A program made the position numbers and the translations under genes. Below the pieces are notes generated by a model. It had not been told where the DNA came from and did not search any database. It was given only the letters and a program-made list of their open reading frames with translations. Shown here piece after piece: positions 61,320-64,000 of a stretch of DNA of 64,000 nucleotides. Origin of the DNA: Octopus sinensis. Its lineage: Eukaryota. Positions within the stretch are counted from its first letter, which is position 1; the number at the start of each line of letters is the position of its first letter. The DNA is taken from positions 172,918,001-172,982,000 of the forward strand of contig NC_042999.1 in assembly GCF_006345805.1 (NCBI RefSeq). Direction: 5' to 3'.

Positions 61320-64000
61320 TACATATAGACAAACTTCACTGCAGTACTTCCCTGTGATTTCCCTCACCACATGTCCGCTCACTTTTGCTAGGAATCCCCC
61401 AATATTATTTCCTAATCACCATTGCATACCATGATATATTATTGATAATCCAAAGACAAAGAACAGCTGTCTGCAAATGGGAATACGTTCCTTTCATCTA
61501 CGGCGCATTATCTTGACATTGCACTCATATAAATTTCATTTTTTAATGACTGTTATCTCGCTTTTCCTAGTGTTTTCCTCTCGTAATAATGCGTACATAC
61601 ATGTGTATGTTTGCGCGTGTGCTCATACACACACACATACACGGACATGCATCTGTGTGTGTATAAGTACATACACGCACAAGTACACGCACATACACAC
61701 ACACACATGTATAAACCTAGAATTTCAGTAACATCAACTTTTACACAAACATAATATGGCCTTTGTTTTCGCATCAAATATAGATAAATTATAGAGCAGA
61801 ACATGTATCCATTTGCCTACATTGAGCTGCTACAGTCTTTAATTAACATTCCCACTAACACTGCATTGTCATCTATGCGTCATTTATATTTATGCATTAC
61901 ATATATGACAGAAAGCAGACATTACTTAATAAATAATTATCACTTGAATATTCTGATGAATCTTTGACTTTTTATTCACTCACTCTCTTTCTCTCTCGCT
62001 CTCTCGCTCTCTCTCGCTCTCTCGCTCTCTCTCTTTCTTTCTCTCCCTTTCTCGCTCTCCCCCTCCTCTCTCTCTCGTATAAGGAGACATGTTTGTAGTT
62101 CTATGACCAACATCTTGTTTGAAGTATGATAATGCAAGTACAAGTGTGTCATGGATAAATCTGCATCTGAAAATACACTGCAATGTAAATTCGCTTTGTT
62201 GACTTATTTGTGTTATAAAGAGGAGATGTTTGTCACTGTTGTATCTAAGTATATAATGTAAAATACTCAAGAAAATCTCACGATCTTGTTTCCTATTTAA
62301 ATTAAAAGAAATGTGTGTTGGCGTTGTATACCTGCTGGAACTCTCCAAAGCCAATTTTACTACCACTGTTCGCATCATACAGTTACAAACTATTCTTAAA
62401 TACAAAAAATATATATAGGTCAATTCTTAGCAATAACTATTCAAAACCATCTTGGAAATTTCGCTTTTCATTTTATTTACCATCTGTTTCGTAGCAAATG
62501 ATCATGCTTAATATGTAGTAGAAATTATATATGTAAATGCTACTTAGAATATTTTTTTGATCCAACATAGTAAATATTTTAGTTTTTCAAGCATATGGTG
62601 CGAAAATTCATATTTTGCATTAAGTTCTCTCTCCATCCTTTGTCATAGATTACTTAGTGCTTTAAGTATGAACCTGCACATGCAGTTTTGCTCACATCTG
62701 TACTTACTTCAGATATCCAACATATAATTATATTAATGTTTTCTGGTTTCAAATTATTAAGATCTAACGCCAAATTTTCGGATGTTTCAGCGTTTTGTAC
62801 GTTGAGCACAAATAAACACATGGAAATAATGTTTCATTCTATGTTATGCAAATATACACATCAATTACAAGTAAAATACGTAACATTAAAAGCTTTAGGC
62901 AAATTATGTTATGTATATCAATATTATGTTATTTCCCTATATCTACTCAATATTTAATATTGTGGAAATCAACACTACTTTTCGACGCATTAAAAATGGT
63001 GTAAATTAATAAAGCGCAAATAATTTATTAAATCAAATTTGAAAATATGTCATTCAGGAATATAACACAACGTGTCATTAAACACGAATGCAAAACTAAA
63101 CTATCGCATATTACCGAAAAATAACTATGTACGTTACGATTGGTACAATACTTCCTTCCGTATTTTTCACACAAAAATGCGAAAACATGCCTTAATCTGG
63201 TTGGACCATATTTCAGCTGTAATTACCTGGTCATAAGCCGTTGATATATCATAATAACTGTTCAAACGATTATTTGTTGTGTAAACCGAGGATATACTTG
63301 ATTGACGCTGATAAAACATTTTCTTTTGAGTCGGTAACACAAGCGAATCGAAACAGTACAATCCAGGAATTGATGGGTTTTATATTTGTGGAGAACTTAA
63401 TTCTGTTCTACATGCTCTTATCATGGACAATACTTTCATGAAATCCCATTATACTACTCTCTCCATTTACCTCATTCTGTCTGTCTCAGTCATAAAGTTG
63501 ATTACGTATGAAAATAGTTGCCCACAGAGCATCTAATCTGTTTACTTTGTGGTCCAATGAATCTGTTTTCAAATAAAACAGCAAAGCCAATCGGAAGCTA
63601 TATATTAATTTTACATGACAATTCTTTAAGCCAAATTTAACTTCTAATGGAAGAACCATTATCTTCAAAGGTTGTAAAGAAAACACTACAAATCCCTCGA
63701 GTCGGACACTGACAATAAAATTTCGCTAGCCGGTCTCCAAAGCAATTCAATAAATTGCTGGGATGTAAACATTGATTATTCTTCTGTAAAAATAATAGTA
63801 CTCTGTTTCATCAACAATTCAAGTAGATAGTAGAAGAGCGGTGTACCAGAACAGAGCTTGGCAACATCTGTAAAACTATTTACAAGTCAGAGGAAAGTTT
63901 TAACATGTAACCTATTACAGAAAAAAAGGAAATACGATAAGCGGCAAAATCTCAAATATTGCTGCATATTCATATGCTGTAAATAATTAGTTTCGTCAGC

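Overview
AT-rich, microsatellite-saturated eukaryotic DNA, either intergenic or deep intronic. The SINE families match what I recall from Octopus genomes, so a coleoid cephalopod source is inferred, not verified. I cannot support any host protein-coding exon, rRNA, true tRNA or CRISPR array, and most ORFs in the track are translations of (TA)n, (CA)n, (TATG)n or (TAA)n repeats. Recognisable coding content is all transposon-derived: a near-intact 5'-truncated CR1-group LINE (31.9-34.4 kb), two tandem R4/Dong-clade LINEs in (TAA)n plus an older third relic, an RTE 3' end with three C2H2 fingers, a Penelope-like RT/GIY-YIG fragment, Tc1/mariner relics, a Chapaev3-like transposase relic, a Helitron-like non-autonomous element, a duplicated MITE and many tRNA-derived SINEs. 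The most striking signal is non-coding. Two type I hammerhead ribozymes with complete cores lie at 58.6 and 59.0 kb. Several degenerate hammerhead-like motifs sit 30-130 nt upstream of a (TA)n or other simple-repeat tail, two elements show ~340-nt terminal redundancy, and five long fold-back structures include a perfect spacerless 136-bp-arm palindrome. Together these suggest a set of small hammerhead-bearing, retrozyme-like elements that target TA microsatellites and may be mobilised by Penelope-like elements. All alignments and folds were done by eye, and element boundaries are approximate unless exact motifs are quoted.
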